A stretch of DNA of 64,000 nucleotides, from assembly GCF_032062105.1 (NCBI RefSeq), contig NW_026923704.1, positions 62,001-126,000 on the forward strand. The letters are read 5' to 3'. Positions 47,001 to 60,025 of this stretch are shown in pieces. This DNA is from Saccostrea cucullata. Taxonomy: Eukaryota. The notes below the pieces were generated by a model. That model saw nothing but the letters and a program-made list of their open reading frames with translations. It had not been told where the DNA came from and did not search any database. The translations under genes were made by a program, and so were the position numbers. The stretch's first letter is position 1. Every line of letters begins with the position of its first letter.

Positions 47001-50000
47001 TTATTGGAAGTGCTGTTGTTTTCTATCTGGTGCCTTTTCCTTTGATTTAAAGAATTCTTTGATATATGAAGAAGAGGAAAAATTCAAGAAGATAAAAATT
47101 CCTTGTGAAGATGTCAGAATAGTTACGACAAAGGAGAAAAATGAAATTTGCAGGAAACTATCTATAACCTGTAGAATCCAGACCGATCCGGTCAAACAAA
47201 AGAGCTTGGTAAAAATAACCAGTTCTGACCTGTTTTCCCGCGACTTTTGAATATTCTTGTCAAAATCTATGTTACTGATGGTGAGGATAAACATAATAAC
47301 ATTGCAAAAACATGTCAGAAGAAGTGGAATTATAAACGTGACGATGTTCTGAATGAAACGTTTAACAAAACACACCCTGTTACCGTACTGCTGCCTTCTA
47401 TATAGTAAGACACTATTACATTAATGGAAACAACAAGAAATGGAAAGAGATAAGTAAACAATATATACTTCCTAAAAAAGCTTATTTGCGTGGCTACCAT
47501 GCAAGGACTTATTAATATAATTACTTCTAAAAGTTAAAAACATGTGAAGGCAGCAAATGAAAAGGCAACAACACAGGCACAACCAAAAGTAATGCAGCAC
47601 AACTCCAACTATCCTACAGAACAGGGTATTTTTGTTTAAAACGTTGGCTACAGTATACGTCAGCTGCATGCACATTAGAGAAAATGATGCACTCATAACA
47701 TTTAATCCTGGAAGTGAGCGCAATGCTGGGAATTTCAGATAAACAAGAAATAAGAAGAGAATAGACAATATACTGATAATATTGAGAACATTTGTGAAGA
47801 TTTCTAGTATCTCAGAAATATCTTTCGCCACGAAAGGGTCAGACTGAAATTTGGTACAAACTCTGATTTTATCATTATAATCCATGACGTATTCTCCAAG
47901 ATAGAAAACTTCGTTGGAGTCTTTAACAATGATACGGTAATTATCGCTGTCAAAGTTTACATCGTTGGCATCAATAACGCGCTGAAGGCACATTAGTAAT
48001 CTGCTAACAATAATTCCATCACCAGGGCGGTGAAAAACAACCAAATTATAATAATTTTTAAGTAAGTGGTAGTCATTTTCTGGTATTAACTTCGAGCTTG
48101 TTAGTGTTTTACTTATATTGCAAAAACTAATGCCTTTTAAGAAGAACGATATTCTCTTAGAACCATCACCGGTTTGGTTTATCTGTAGCGTATGAGGAGT
48201 TTGCAACAGACTGTTTCTCGACAGACTCTCTAATAAAAGGCTTAAATTTCTTGCTACAAAACAAAAAATAATGTAGAGTGATATGCGATTCTAAGTGAAA
48301 TACATGTAACCCTAGCTGATAAACCTTTATACCACTTGGATTAGCTAAAAGATATAGTTCTTGAAGGCGACAATCGTTAATGTAGGTAGAATTTGATAAA
48401 ATTTCCCAAACAGCAGACCTGGTTGATGATAAAGTTTGTTCTGTATCTTTTGTCGAGGAAGTTACTTTAAGACTACAACGAATATGTAGATGATACTTCA
48501 TCATGCCAGGGGAAGCGATGATTGGTTTGCAGGCTCCATCAATTAATGCACGACCAGGGTAGCAGGCATGTTCTGAAGTCTACAACAAAGAGAATTATCA
48601 TAAAACTGCTTCATATCATGAAAGTGAAACACATTTCTGCTTTAGATATAAAGTTAATTTATGTCCAACTGATACTAAATGATAGAATAAGACACGTAAT
48701 GCACTTTGGACATGTCTCCAATTTTGTTCCAATTTATTCTTATTCAGACCATTCAGATTAATTGAATCTGAGGCTATTATAGATCGGATACCTTAATAAA
48801 AAGATATTGTTGTTTGAAATATGGGGCATGAGTTCGAAGGAATCTTCAAGTCAAAATTTAAATACAGGGAGAAACCTTTTCCTTTGTAACAGTTAAAGGA
48901 GCTTATCAAAGTTCTTTTTTATTATGAAATATCTAAAACGTTGATTCACTTGCCTTGAACTGCTCCTGAAATGTAGACAAGCTCAGCCTCATTGTAGGTA
49001 CAAATAAATCTCTCATCGTGTGGTCTCTCTGCGGCGGGTTTGCCCTTAAGAAAGGTTTGCAGGCCTTGGAAGCACGAAGTTGCTGTGATTCATTATATTC
49101 TTCCATACAAAAAGAACAAAATATATTTCTATAAGGATGAAGAAGATCACCGTACTTTTCATTTGGCAATGATAAACATGCATTCCTGAGCAGGACGTAC
49201 TGGATATTTGATTCCTTACAGATCACTTTTTTGTCAAATGCTTTCATCATGTTCGGTTTATCAGACAACTTGCAGAGCTGGCAAAGATCATGTTTATAAC
49301 TATTTGCAGAAAGGAGGAAGGACTGAATACTTTTATTTTCATACGCCAATTTTTCAACCTGATCAACATATGCGCAGGCTCGTTGGTCTTCAGTTTTACA
49401 TTCATTCTTAGTTTCTATAACCTTAACTTCATCCCGATGACATAAGACTATATCATTGAAATCGTAAACAATGTCACATTTGTTCTTAAGAGCATGTGTA
49501 ATGACTTCGCTAAAGTTCATGAAGAAATCAAACTGTAATAGACTATCACAAACAATGTTGATATCTAAAATTGTATATGGATCTGAAGAAAGAGAGCCGT
49601 TTTCAAATGTATAGTTAGTGTTGCAGAGGAAACAAAATATGTTTCTGTATGTAACTTTGCTTGATAAAACAGGAAAGTCAAAATCATTCAATTCTGACAC
49701 ACACAGTTGCATTATCTTCTGATGTAGCTCCATGTTCGAAATAGTCATTCTTCCCTCATAACAAACATTTACAACTTGTATTTTTCTCTCTATTTCCTTA
49801 TGTTCGGACAATATCTTTTTTTCGGAAAAAATTGCCCGTATGTCACTGACGCAATCGATTGGATGTATGATAGCGGTGTCTAAACAACAACTACAGGGGT
49901 TTACGAACAAACATGAAAAGGAACAGTCACAGTTTCTGGTAGTTCTGTTTCGCACGGTGTCTGGCAAAATGTCCTGGTTACAGAAGCGATGTGGATAAGC

Positions 50001-51179
50001 AGCAGCCATTTTGGATAGAAAAGGTTGCAACTGATCTGTCTTGTAATTAGATGGAATAACGTGACTAACAGTTTGGTTTTTCGACGGTTTTGAATTCAAG
50101 ATTTTGTTGACAATTGATAAATCATTCAACACATTGTCGGAGAAAATTAGACGCCGTCTAGGTAACCCTGTATCCCCGTAGTCGATAGTTTCATCAACTT
50201 TACTAGAAAAGTCAAGAAAAATCCATTTCTTTGAGTCATCTTGTTGATTCTCGGTATCGTTTATTGTCGGAATATTGCACAAAAAACAATAAAAATTCCG
50301 ATAAGGATAAGTCAAATCCGATGTCGGATTTTCTTTACATAATTTTTGTATGTTGTAATTAATGAAATTGTGACAAGTATTGATGGGTTGCTGAATTCTT
50401 TCTATGCTTTTCAGTTTGCACAAGTAACAAAACACGTTTTTATACAGTCTAATCTCGTTTACATAGGACGAAAAACACGCTTTCTGTAAATCCTCATCAT
50501 GTGGACAAGGTTCCGTGAAATATTGATTATCCTCGAAATGGCTAGGGAAAACAATGTCTTTAAGCCTCGAGGACGGAAGAAATAGAGCTAAACTCTTCCA
50601 TTCTTTGACAATAGATAGCATATCTTCATTTGATTCTATAAAATTGATAAAATTAGCATTCCCGTCAATAGATATATCCCACTTTTCTATGTCTAATTCC
50701 TTTTCACCGTTACATAAAGCACAGTGAATATTAAAGTATGTATAATTACTTGTAAGCGAGGTAACGAAAATTCGGTCTTCGAAGTGGTTAGAGAGGCTGT
50801 GGCATTTGTCAGGCTTTTCTACAAATTCAGAGCAGGTATCTACAACGTGATACTTTGGAAGTTCTGGTTCTATTTTACTAAAGGGAGAACGTTGAAAAAC
50901 TGCGTCATGGAATCGTGTCAATTTTCCTTCGAAAAATTTGTCAGGACAACAAGTCTTCTTTCGAACACACGTATCCTCACAGGAACATGGTGGGCATCGT
51001 GATTGTATTGAATTCTGGTGATATCCTGTCAATCCGGGCCAGTCTTTACAAAGGCCTTTCTCTCCACAAGCATTTATGTATATACCCATAAGTCTTGTAA
51101 GGTTTAACTTTGAATTCGAAGTTGTACAAGTTGAAGGAAGTAAGAACATAAAAATCAGGCTTGAAATTAACTGATACAT
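47001..51179 (-). pseudogene. Adhesion/secretin-family (Methuselah-like) 7TM receptor with large Cys-rich ectodomain; TM4 frameshifted (pseudogene or assembly error)
   Basis: Signal peptide; SMB-like CSCEDTCVRKKTCCPD and repeated YRNxFCxxCN modules; 7TM motifs LRSLPGLN, CRIVGVVLHYFWL, KLFCLTG, SSQGIFIF. Proposed exons 51179-48954, 48579-48333 and 48253-47001, with +1/-1 shifts at ~47475 and ~47400. Confidence 0.8.
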
Positions 51180-53169
51180 AATTTCTTCTTCACTTAATGC
51201 CTTTAAAAAATCTGAAAGTCAGGAAAATTGTTATATCAATAAAATTTCTTGAATTCATAGAATCACAATTGTTTATAAATTTAAACTATAAACATTTTGT
51301 CTGATAATATTAATGATAATGTATAATGTAATTTTTTCTTCTGTATTAAATTTCATCTTCTTTACCAGAAATTTGTAGAAAATGGAATCTGTAAAAACGT
51401 TGCAAAATAAGATACATATTTGAATTTGCAAAGCATAAATTTTTTTTAAAAAAAATCCTATTAGATACATCAGATGCATTTAAAACTTAATTAAATGAGT
51501 CTAATTATACCCCATGCATTTAACTTACTGTGAAAAGAAGCCTCGGTTTCAATCAACACAATGAGATTTATGTTTACAAATTTAAAATGTTCAACTTTTA
51601 TAATTTGTCAAAGATGTATCATTTGTTTTTATATCACATGCTTAAAATTTTGCACAGATTAGAGATAATAGAAGTATTTATGTTTAGTGTTACCTATTTT
51701 ATCATGATGCGATTGGTTTTCTAGTCGGATTACAAAACTTTTAAGAGAGGAGTTATTCACCTCATATATTCTACCATAGGTAGCTTAGTGCTAACAGATT
51801 TTATCTTTCTCTTTCACCTCCACGTCGTTTTTCTATTCATTTCTTTCTTTAAGGGGATATAATGAATGATTCGTTTATTTTACAACACGCCTAATATTTT
51901 CTTCTTTGAACATTGCTCGCTCTCTCCCTCGTATATTAACGATTTCTATAGCTACTCTAAACATCCTTGAATTTGTCCTCAAAATCCTGGATTGACTGTA
52001 TTTCTTGAAAACTACATTTATTTCCATTTTATTGTCATTTCACAATAGTAAAAAAGAATTGCAAAATCCATATCTTCATTATTTTACCATGATCAGAAGG
52101 AATCGCAGTCCTCACTCTTGCCTTAGCTTCGCGAAGGTGATAAACCAGGAATGACATACCAGAAGATTGACTTATTCATGGGAACACAAAATATACGGCG
52201 AGAAAAGAAAAAAGTAAGAGAGAGTCCCAAATGAAAAGTTAGATAGATATTATTAAATAAATATAGAAAATAGGTATATTTAGAATGAATTAAAAACATT
52301 CAAGTTAAACAAACAAAAAACTACAAACTTGAGGTGAGTGTCTTCAAGGCGTGAAGATGAAGAGGTATTGGAAACTGCATGTCATTAGACCTTATTCACG
52401 ATCCCTGCATTAAAACAGTTCCACATTTGAGATTATACCACATTAAGTACATGTATATTTGATATGTGCATAAAACTCTAAAATCGTGTCATAAACATTT
52501 CTTACTATTCATTTATCATAAAGATACATATTAAGTTACAACTGTAGATGTCCTGAATATTAATAAACCTAACTCTCTAAATGGCGTTTATATACATGTA
52601 TATCTAAGACTCCAAAGTGCGATGGTGACGCAAAAATGCGATGGTCTCCCCAAAGTCCGATGACCTGCGCCAAACGTTAATGTTAATTCGTGGGTAAGGG
52701 TGGCTCACGAAATCCACGAACATTGACCCCCCACGAAAATTGATGATTCTACAGAAAATGAGAGCCCTTGGCTCGAGGATACCATCGGCAAAAATTTGCT
52801 CAGGGGTATTCTCTTTATAGAAATGGACAGGCATTTGTCTACATCCATGGCAAATACCTGTTCACTTCTCTAAAGAGAATACCTCAGGGGTTCTTGAGAT
52901 ATTAAGAAATTAGACATTTTAATAACAAATTTATTCAACATTTTAAAAACATTTTTTTCTACTGATATAGATTGAAGCTATATATTGGAAACAAAAATAT
53001 TTTGTTTTGTAGTCGCAAACAAATCTTACACTACGCAGAAGTATTCGAAAACAAGTAGTAAAATACATCCCATTCATTTCAATTTGGTCTATTTTGGCAT
53101 TTCAGGAACAGGTAACTAAAGGTAATTTTGTTTCATTAGTAAGGTGTCGGACTGTCAGTCTGTAAACAA

Positions 53170-53555
53170 TTTTTCACAATGCTAGTCCTCCTACGGTTTT
53201 GGTCTGATTTCAATATAACTCAGAACACAAGTAGACTGCACTAAGATGCATAATCCATTTGATCGGTTTTTGATTTCGATGAACGGTGTTGCCGTGGTTA
53301 CTATAAATAAAACTTCCTGTGAAATACTTTTAAAATGCTACTCCTACCACAGTTTTAGTCTGATTTCAATATAACTTGGCACGAAAGAAGACCACACTTT
53401 GATAGATACATAATTATTTGTATCGGCTTTTGATTTAGATAAATGTTTTTGCCTTAGATACTAAAATATAAATTTCTGTAAAAGACTTTCAAAATGCTAC
53501 TCCAAATTCATTTTTAATCTGATTATAATATAACTTAGCACACATGTAGACTACA
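53170..53555 (+). repeat. ~157-bp tandem units of a Helentron-type element, split by the RTE insertion (resumes at ~56585)
   Basis: aatgctactcc..gtctgatttcaatataact..cacaagtagac recurs at ~53178, 53334, 53492 and 56585. Confidence 0.6.
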
Positions 53556-53559
53556 AATT

Positions 53560-56500
53560 CTTACTTACTTAGACCTCTTCGTGCCAGGTGGCACATAAGG
53601 CAGCAACACAGTCCCTCCACCCAGTCATATCCTTTGCTTTTCTTTTTACTTCCTTCCACGTCAGCACTATCTCTTTCAGCTATTTCTCTGATGTTCTTCG
53701 CCATGTTGGTTTAGGCCTGTCCCTTTTCTCTTGTCATCGGCTGTCCATAAAATGTTCTCTCTCTCTTGTGATATTATACTGGTCTTTTCTGAGCACATGG
53801 TCAACCCATCTCCACTTTCTTCTTACAATCTCCGCCACAATGTATTCCTGTCCTGACAACTAACTGAGTTTGTTGTTGGACACTATTTTTGGCCATCTGA
53901 TCTTAAATATAATCCGTAGGCAACGATTTACAAACATTTCAGTTTCCTTGCGAAGTCTTTCCGGAGATTCTAGCATTCTGATCCGTATAATAGTATTTTA
54001 AGATGGCAAACATGTAACGGGCTTTGTTGATTCTTGATGTAATATCCTTTTCAGTACCCCCTGATGTTAATACAATGCTGCCTAGGTACTGGGAGTATGT
54101 GAAGTTGTCTACATCTTCCAAATGCTCTCCATTAACTTTTAAGGGGTTGTTATTTCGTGCATTGATTCTCATTAGAAGCTCTATTTTGGTCTTGTTAAAA
54201 TTGATAATTAAGCCAAGACATCTAGATGTTGTATAGAGTTTGTTTGTTTTCTCCTGGATTTCCTGATAGGTTGATGAGATGAGACATAGGTCATCGGCAT
54301 AATCTAGGTCATCCAGTTTGTTTTCCATTCTCCATCTAATGCCGTTTTTCTTATCTCTGGTGGATTCTCTAATGACCGATTCTATGGCCACTAAGAAAAG
54401 CAGAGGCGATAGCATACAGCCCTGTTTCAGTCCCGATTTTACTGGAAACCACTCTGTTTTGGCATTGTTAACCATCACACTACACTGAAATCCTTCATGC
54501 ACTGCCCTGATGATGTCAATGATCTTTGGTGGTTGGCCATACAATCTCAAGAGTTTACATAAACTTTCTCTTTGATGTACACTATCAAACGCCTTTTCAA
54601 AGTCTACAAAGTTTAGGTATAGAGAAGACTGCCATTCTATTGACTGCTCTATAATATTTCGTAATACGAAAATTTGGTCGCAACATGATCTTCCTGGTCT
54701 AAACCCTGCTTGCTCCTTTCTCAGTTGTGCATCGACTTGTTCTTTTACTCTGTCTAAAAGCCTTCTGGTAAACACTTTTCTTATTGTGGGTAAAAGTGTT
54801 ATTCCACGCCAGTTGTTGCATTCTGATTTATCTCCCTTTTTCGGTAGTTACCTTGTTGGTTGTCCAAATGTCTTGGAGCAGATTATATATGACCTTTGAT
54901 ATTGCTTCAATGTCCACTTTAAGTAATTCTGCTGGTATGTCATCTACTCCTGCAGCTTTGTTGTCTTTCACCTTTCTGGTAGCCTTCTGTATTTACTCTA
55001 CACTTCCAAATGTATTCCCTTCACACTGATGTCAAGTTCTGCTATGTTGTTATTGATTTCGATATCTGGTGGTTGAGTTGGGTTTCTCTATTCAGAACTG
55101 ATCTAAAATGTTCTGCACATCTTTTCAAAAATGTCACTGTCCTTGGAAAAGATATCGCCATGCTGGTCTTTTATAACGTTTGAATTGTTGGTGAATTTGC
55201 CAGACATCAGTTTAGTGATATTATACAGTTCTTGAATTATGTCCTTGCTGCTTCCTCAGCTCTACTCATATTGTCTTTGTCGGTGTGTCTCGCCTCGCAC
55301 TCCTTTTGACCTCTCTATCTTTTTCCCTGTAGGACTTTGATAGGGATTCCTGCTCCGAGCTGTCTTTGCAGTCTAGGATCTTTGATTTGATCTTTAAGTT
55401 TTCTCTCTGAATAAGAGTCCATGTATCAGATGTTAGCCACACCTCTTTCACACTTGTCCTAAATCCTAATGTCTCAGTTGCTGCTGAAGCTAGACAATCC
55501 CTGGTGTTATCCCACTTTTCGTCTATGTTTTTCCTTTGTCCATCATCTCTAAAGCAGAAAATCTATTCCTCAGCTCCAGCTTAAAGCCTTCCTTTATCTC
55601 AGGTTGTTGAAGTTTGTTCACTGCTAACTTCCTCAGTCCTTGCACTTTCCTCTCTGCTCTTAACTTCAGTTGTATTTTGGCAAGTAAGAGTATGTGATCA
55701 CTGTTAATGTCTGCACCTCTGTACGTCCGGGCATCTATGACTGATCTCCTCCACTTCTTGTTGATCATGATGTAATCGACCTGATTCTTTGTTCTCTTAT
55801 CTGGAGAAATCCAGGTATATTTTTGATTGTCCTTGTGTGCAAAGATGGTGTTGCAAACTACTACATGCAACCCATTCATCTCACAAAAATCCATTAGGCG
55901 TTCTCCGTTTTCATTCATCTGTCCCATGCCATGTACATTTACCCCAATGCATGCATCCCTGCCGGTGTTATCACTTCCAACTTTTGCGTTCACGTCCCCC
56001 ATTACTATCACCATATCGTGTTTTGGAGTTCGATGTAATACACTCTGCAGTTGATTGTAAAAGATATCTATCTCTTCATCACTTGCATCATGAGTTGGTG
56101 AGCTTGAATCACACTGAGCTTGATCTGTTGCGAATCGAACCTAGTATATAACATTCGATGATTCACTGGGTACCACTCTAGCAACGTCTTTGATGTTTCC
56201 TTGCTCATCATTATTGCAACGCCACTCTGGCGATCTTGATCCTTCCCTAAGTATATGATGGTCTCACCACTACTACAAGTCATTTTTCCAGAGCCTGTTC
56301 ACCGTGCTTCACTTATATCCAGAATGCTGATGTAATATTGCCTCACCTCTTTGGCAATATGTACTGCTCTGCTATAAATTTCAAACATAGTTTGCACATA
56401 CCATGTATAGACGTCATACTTGATATATTTCTCTGTGTGTCTATTTCTGTAGTCAGCGTTTACCCCAGAAGGGGTGACTGGCCCCATGCTGCAGGCGTCG

Positions 56501-56560
56501 CCCCGTTAGCCGGCATTACCCGTTTCCACCTCCTAAGACGGGGACGTGGGGCTTAGACTT
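53560..56560 (-). mobile_element. Old, degenerate near-full-length RTE retrotransposon
   Basis: Fragmented APE (GDVNAKVG, NQVDY, SDH) and RT (FVDFEKAFDS, DYADD) frames; (TAAG)n tail at ~53560-53572. Confidence 0.9.
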
Positions 56561-57607
56561 CAGCAAACTATACATTATTTCTCAAAATGTTCCTCCTCCT
56601 ACAGTTTTGGTTTGATTTCAATATACTAGTAACTTGACACACAAGTAGACTACACTAAGATACAAAATTCGGGTTGGATGGTATGTGAGGTTTGCATAAT
56701 ATGTGAGGGTCGGATGGAACCCGAAGAGGGTTGGGTGTTATAATAATTTAGTGTTGGATGGAGTCATGAGAGAGTTGGATATTATGAAAGGGTTGAGAGG
56801 TAAGAGAGGCTGTAATGGGATCAAGAGAAGATTGGATGGTATTTAAGTACCTTTGAAGGTTGAATCGCATTCTGAGAGAATTGTTGGTTTGAGAGGGTTG
56901 AATAGTATGAATTGGTTCCCGGTAACGGGTTGGATGGATTTATGACATATAAATATGAATGAAGAATATTCAATTATGTTAGGACAAAAAAAGTCTTTTG
57001 GTATTTTAGGTAGTAACTGTACGTGTCATTTATCCCACGCATGCCATGTCGTACAATTTATTTACCATAAATCAGAAATTAGGAAATCTTTAATAATTCC
57101 AGCCTTTTTTCAAGCAAAAAAAAAAAAAAAAAATGGAGGAATTCAAATGATAGTACTATATATATATAAAAAGAAAAGAAAAGGGTGATGCATGTTTGTT
57201 TAGGGGATGCATACTCGTTTGATTCTGAAGCGCATGGGTTGGAATTTTTTCGGTTAATTTATTTTTTTTCCATTACATTGAAAAATTATATATATTTATT
57301 TTCAAGATGATCAGAGACCAATTAATACAGTAACTTTGAAATAATGTTGCCTGAACATAATTAAATACCTATTAAACAATGCATGTCACTTTTCAACACT
57401 ATACAGTGTCAAATAACATGTACCAAAATGCATGTATTTCTTATTCGCTTAAAAAAGGAGTGCCAAACCAAAAAGGGAAACTTGTATACTGTTTATGCCT
57501 GGAGAGAAGAAAAGCCTGTCCTCAATATGCTTTAATGACAAAAAATTGATATTACTGATGCAAAATTTATATCATGCATAAGAAATATAATTTTTTGAAA
57601 AAAAGAC

Positions 57608-58195
57608 TTCTTCTTCCCATCCAGTGCAAAACCACTTAATTAAGTATTATCGCACTCTGCGTGAGGGGTGAGTGTCTATATACAGTGCCCCCCCCCCCCC
57701 CAAAAAAAATAAAAGTTTAAAAGATTAAAAGCGCAGAGACGCGACATCTAGTGGCTGGCATTGGACAGCTGGGTCTTGAAGCTGTCCAGGGTCTTGGCCT
57801 CCACCATTCCTCCTGGCAAGGAATTCCACAGTCGGATGGCTTGAGGGAAGAAGGAGGTCTTATACACTTCTGTCCTTGTGTGTGGTACCAGGAATCGCAG
57901 GGTGTGGCCTCTGGTCCTCAACGATGCTGGGTGTAAGTAGCTCACCGCCGGGATGTTCACGAGATGATAGACTATCCTGTATAACATGATAACTTGGGCC
58001 CTTTTCCGACGGATCTGAAGTGACTGTCATTGGAGCTGCTGTAGCATGGATGTTACACTGCTTGTGCGCTGGTAGTCTCCAATGGCAAATCTTGCTGCCC
58101 TTCGTTGAACTGCCTCAATCTTCTTGATATTCTCCTTCTTAGCTGGGCTCCACACACTGGAGGCATACTCAAGTGTGGGTCGTACCAGTGTGGAC
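57608..58195 (-). mobile_element. 5'-truncated CR1/L2-group LINE 3' fragment
   Basis: RPTLEYASSVWSP..IEAVQRRAARF..SFFPQAIRLWNSLP..FK motif set; short GAA-repeat tail. Confidence 0.8.
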
Positions 58196-58312
58196 TTGAC
58201 TTTAGCGCTTCGTGCATATCATTGATATCAGTTAAAAAATTTGAATGAAAAAAAAATGTTCAAATTGAGATTTATTCTCACTTTAGTAAAGTTATTCATT
58301 TTTGTGTCAGAG

Positions 58313-58316
<4 letters not shown>

Positions 58317-58370
<54 letters not shown>
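58317..58370. repeat. (GA)n microsatellite
   Basis: Direct observation. Confidence 0.95.
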
Positions 58371-58372
<2 letters not shown>

Positions 58373-59217
58373 CGCATTCACTAGGGACAGACAACTCTGA
58401 AATTGAGTTATGCCAGCACTCGCCGACCTACAAGCAAGATTTAAAAGAGTTATTACAGTGGGTAAGCGGTACGTACAACTATTATCCCTGGCTGCTATAT
58501 GCTATAAATGGCCCATATGTGTTTTTAGAACAACGATAGGTTAAAGGTAAGTTAACGTATATTTCAGAATTTGTTGGAACCCCTTTAAAAATAAAATTAT
58601 TTAGATTGCAACACAAGTTCACAAGACCACTGGCACTGCAAGAACGTCTGCAATGCCTTGCGAGATTAGTTCTTGATGATATGCAGTGAATTGAATTGTG
58701 TTTAACTTTTTAAATGTTTCTAGAGTGATAAAAGGGTTTAATTAGGACAGAACTAAAAAGATTATTGCTTAGATTTAATTAAAATCACATGAAACACATG
58801 TTTGTTCTGCTGAAAGAAGAAACGATCGTGAACACCTGACAGGTCTATAAATAACTTAGAAATCCTCCTTAGCACTGTGTAATCCTCTGCTTTATCGGGC
58901 ACATGCAGTGTGTAAACATTGTATTTGATGGAACGTACACCATGTATAGGCCTATACAGACAGAGGTTCGTAATCTTGTTAAAGAATTGGGCTATAAATG
59001 TAGTTTGAGTAGTCTTTGATAAAAAATGAATAAGTCCATTGATTTTGTGCCAGGCCACAAAGTAACATACATGTATGTACTGCTGAAGTTTATCTCAGCA
59101 TCCGCAGACATAATTAATCAAGGTATAATTTAACAATACATATTTCAATTAATGTCACCTGGGTCACTCAGGTGACCTTTTAGTTTAGACCTGTACCTGA
59201 CCATCAGTATGTATACC

Positions 59218-59261
59218 CAGGGACCTATATACTAAATATATATTTAGTATATAGGTCCCTG
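59218..59261. mobile_element. 44-bp perfect palindrome with 7-bp TSD (minimal P-like MITE)
   Basis: CAGGGACCTATATACTAAATAT|ATATTTAGTATATAGGTCCCTG flanked by GTATACC on both sides. Confidence 0.7.
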
Positions 59262-60025
59262 GTATACCTGCAGCAATTAATGTGTGCATTGGGGTGGGTC
59301 TGCTTATGTAGATGTTAAAGGGGAGAATCTTCTTGACCCCCAGGAAACTAAGGGGTGTGACAGATTACAAGTATGTAATGTTCACAGCCCCTGAAATTGG
59401 TATAAAGCATATAATAGTTTCATGGAGTGAATGTGAAAAATGTCTACATGGTAGACCCATCAATTTTTACCCTACAAAATCTCTAGAATCCAGGAGCTTC
59501 CTGGGGCTGAAATTGCTCCCTGAGCTCCCATCAAGGTCTGCCATGGACCCATTGGGACCTCAAGGCAGCCCCTATAGACCCCTTGTTTACTTTTTGCACC
59601 CCTTAGCTTAAATTCCTGTATCCATACCTGGTATTAATTAAGACTCATGTCTAGTGTAACTGTTTGAAGTTACTTTAAAATGACATGCAGGGTTGACTGC
59701 TTATTATGAAGACTTTATGCATTAATTGTGATAATTTAAATGTATAAAACATACATGTATATGTATTTAGTTCATTTCATATCAATCAGTCTTCAGTTCT
59801 TGGTCATTGCCAAAGAAAACTTCAATATGACATTTCGGAGATTGTATTATACGTAGTACTTTATTAACTGGTCATTATCCCAAGCCTCTCCTTTGCTTGA
59901 TGAATGTTCCTTTTTAATTATATTGATATTCAATCTCTATTTCTCTTTTTTTTTTCAATCCAGCGTGCTATCTTCCTGCCATGACACAACTGTAGCTTAG
60001 TCAGTGGCCATTTGGACCCAAAGGA

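Noticed and set aside
48166-48504. Frameshift between the GPCR ORFs at 48504 and 48206
   Set aside because: Explained by a 79-nt GT-AG intron (48332-48254) that restores the frame
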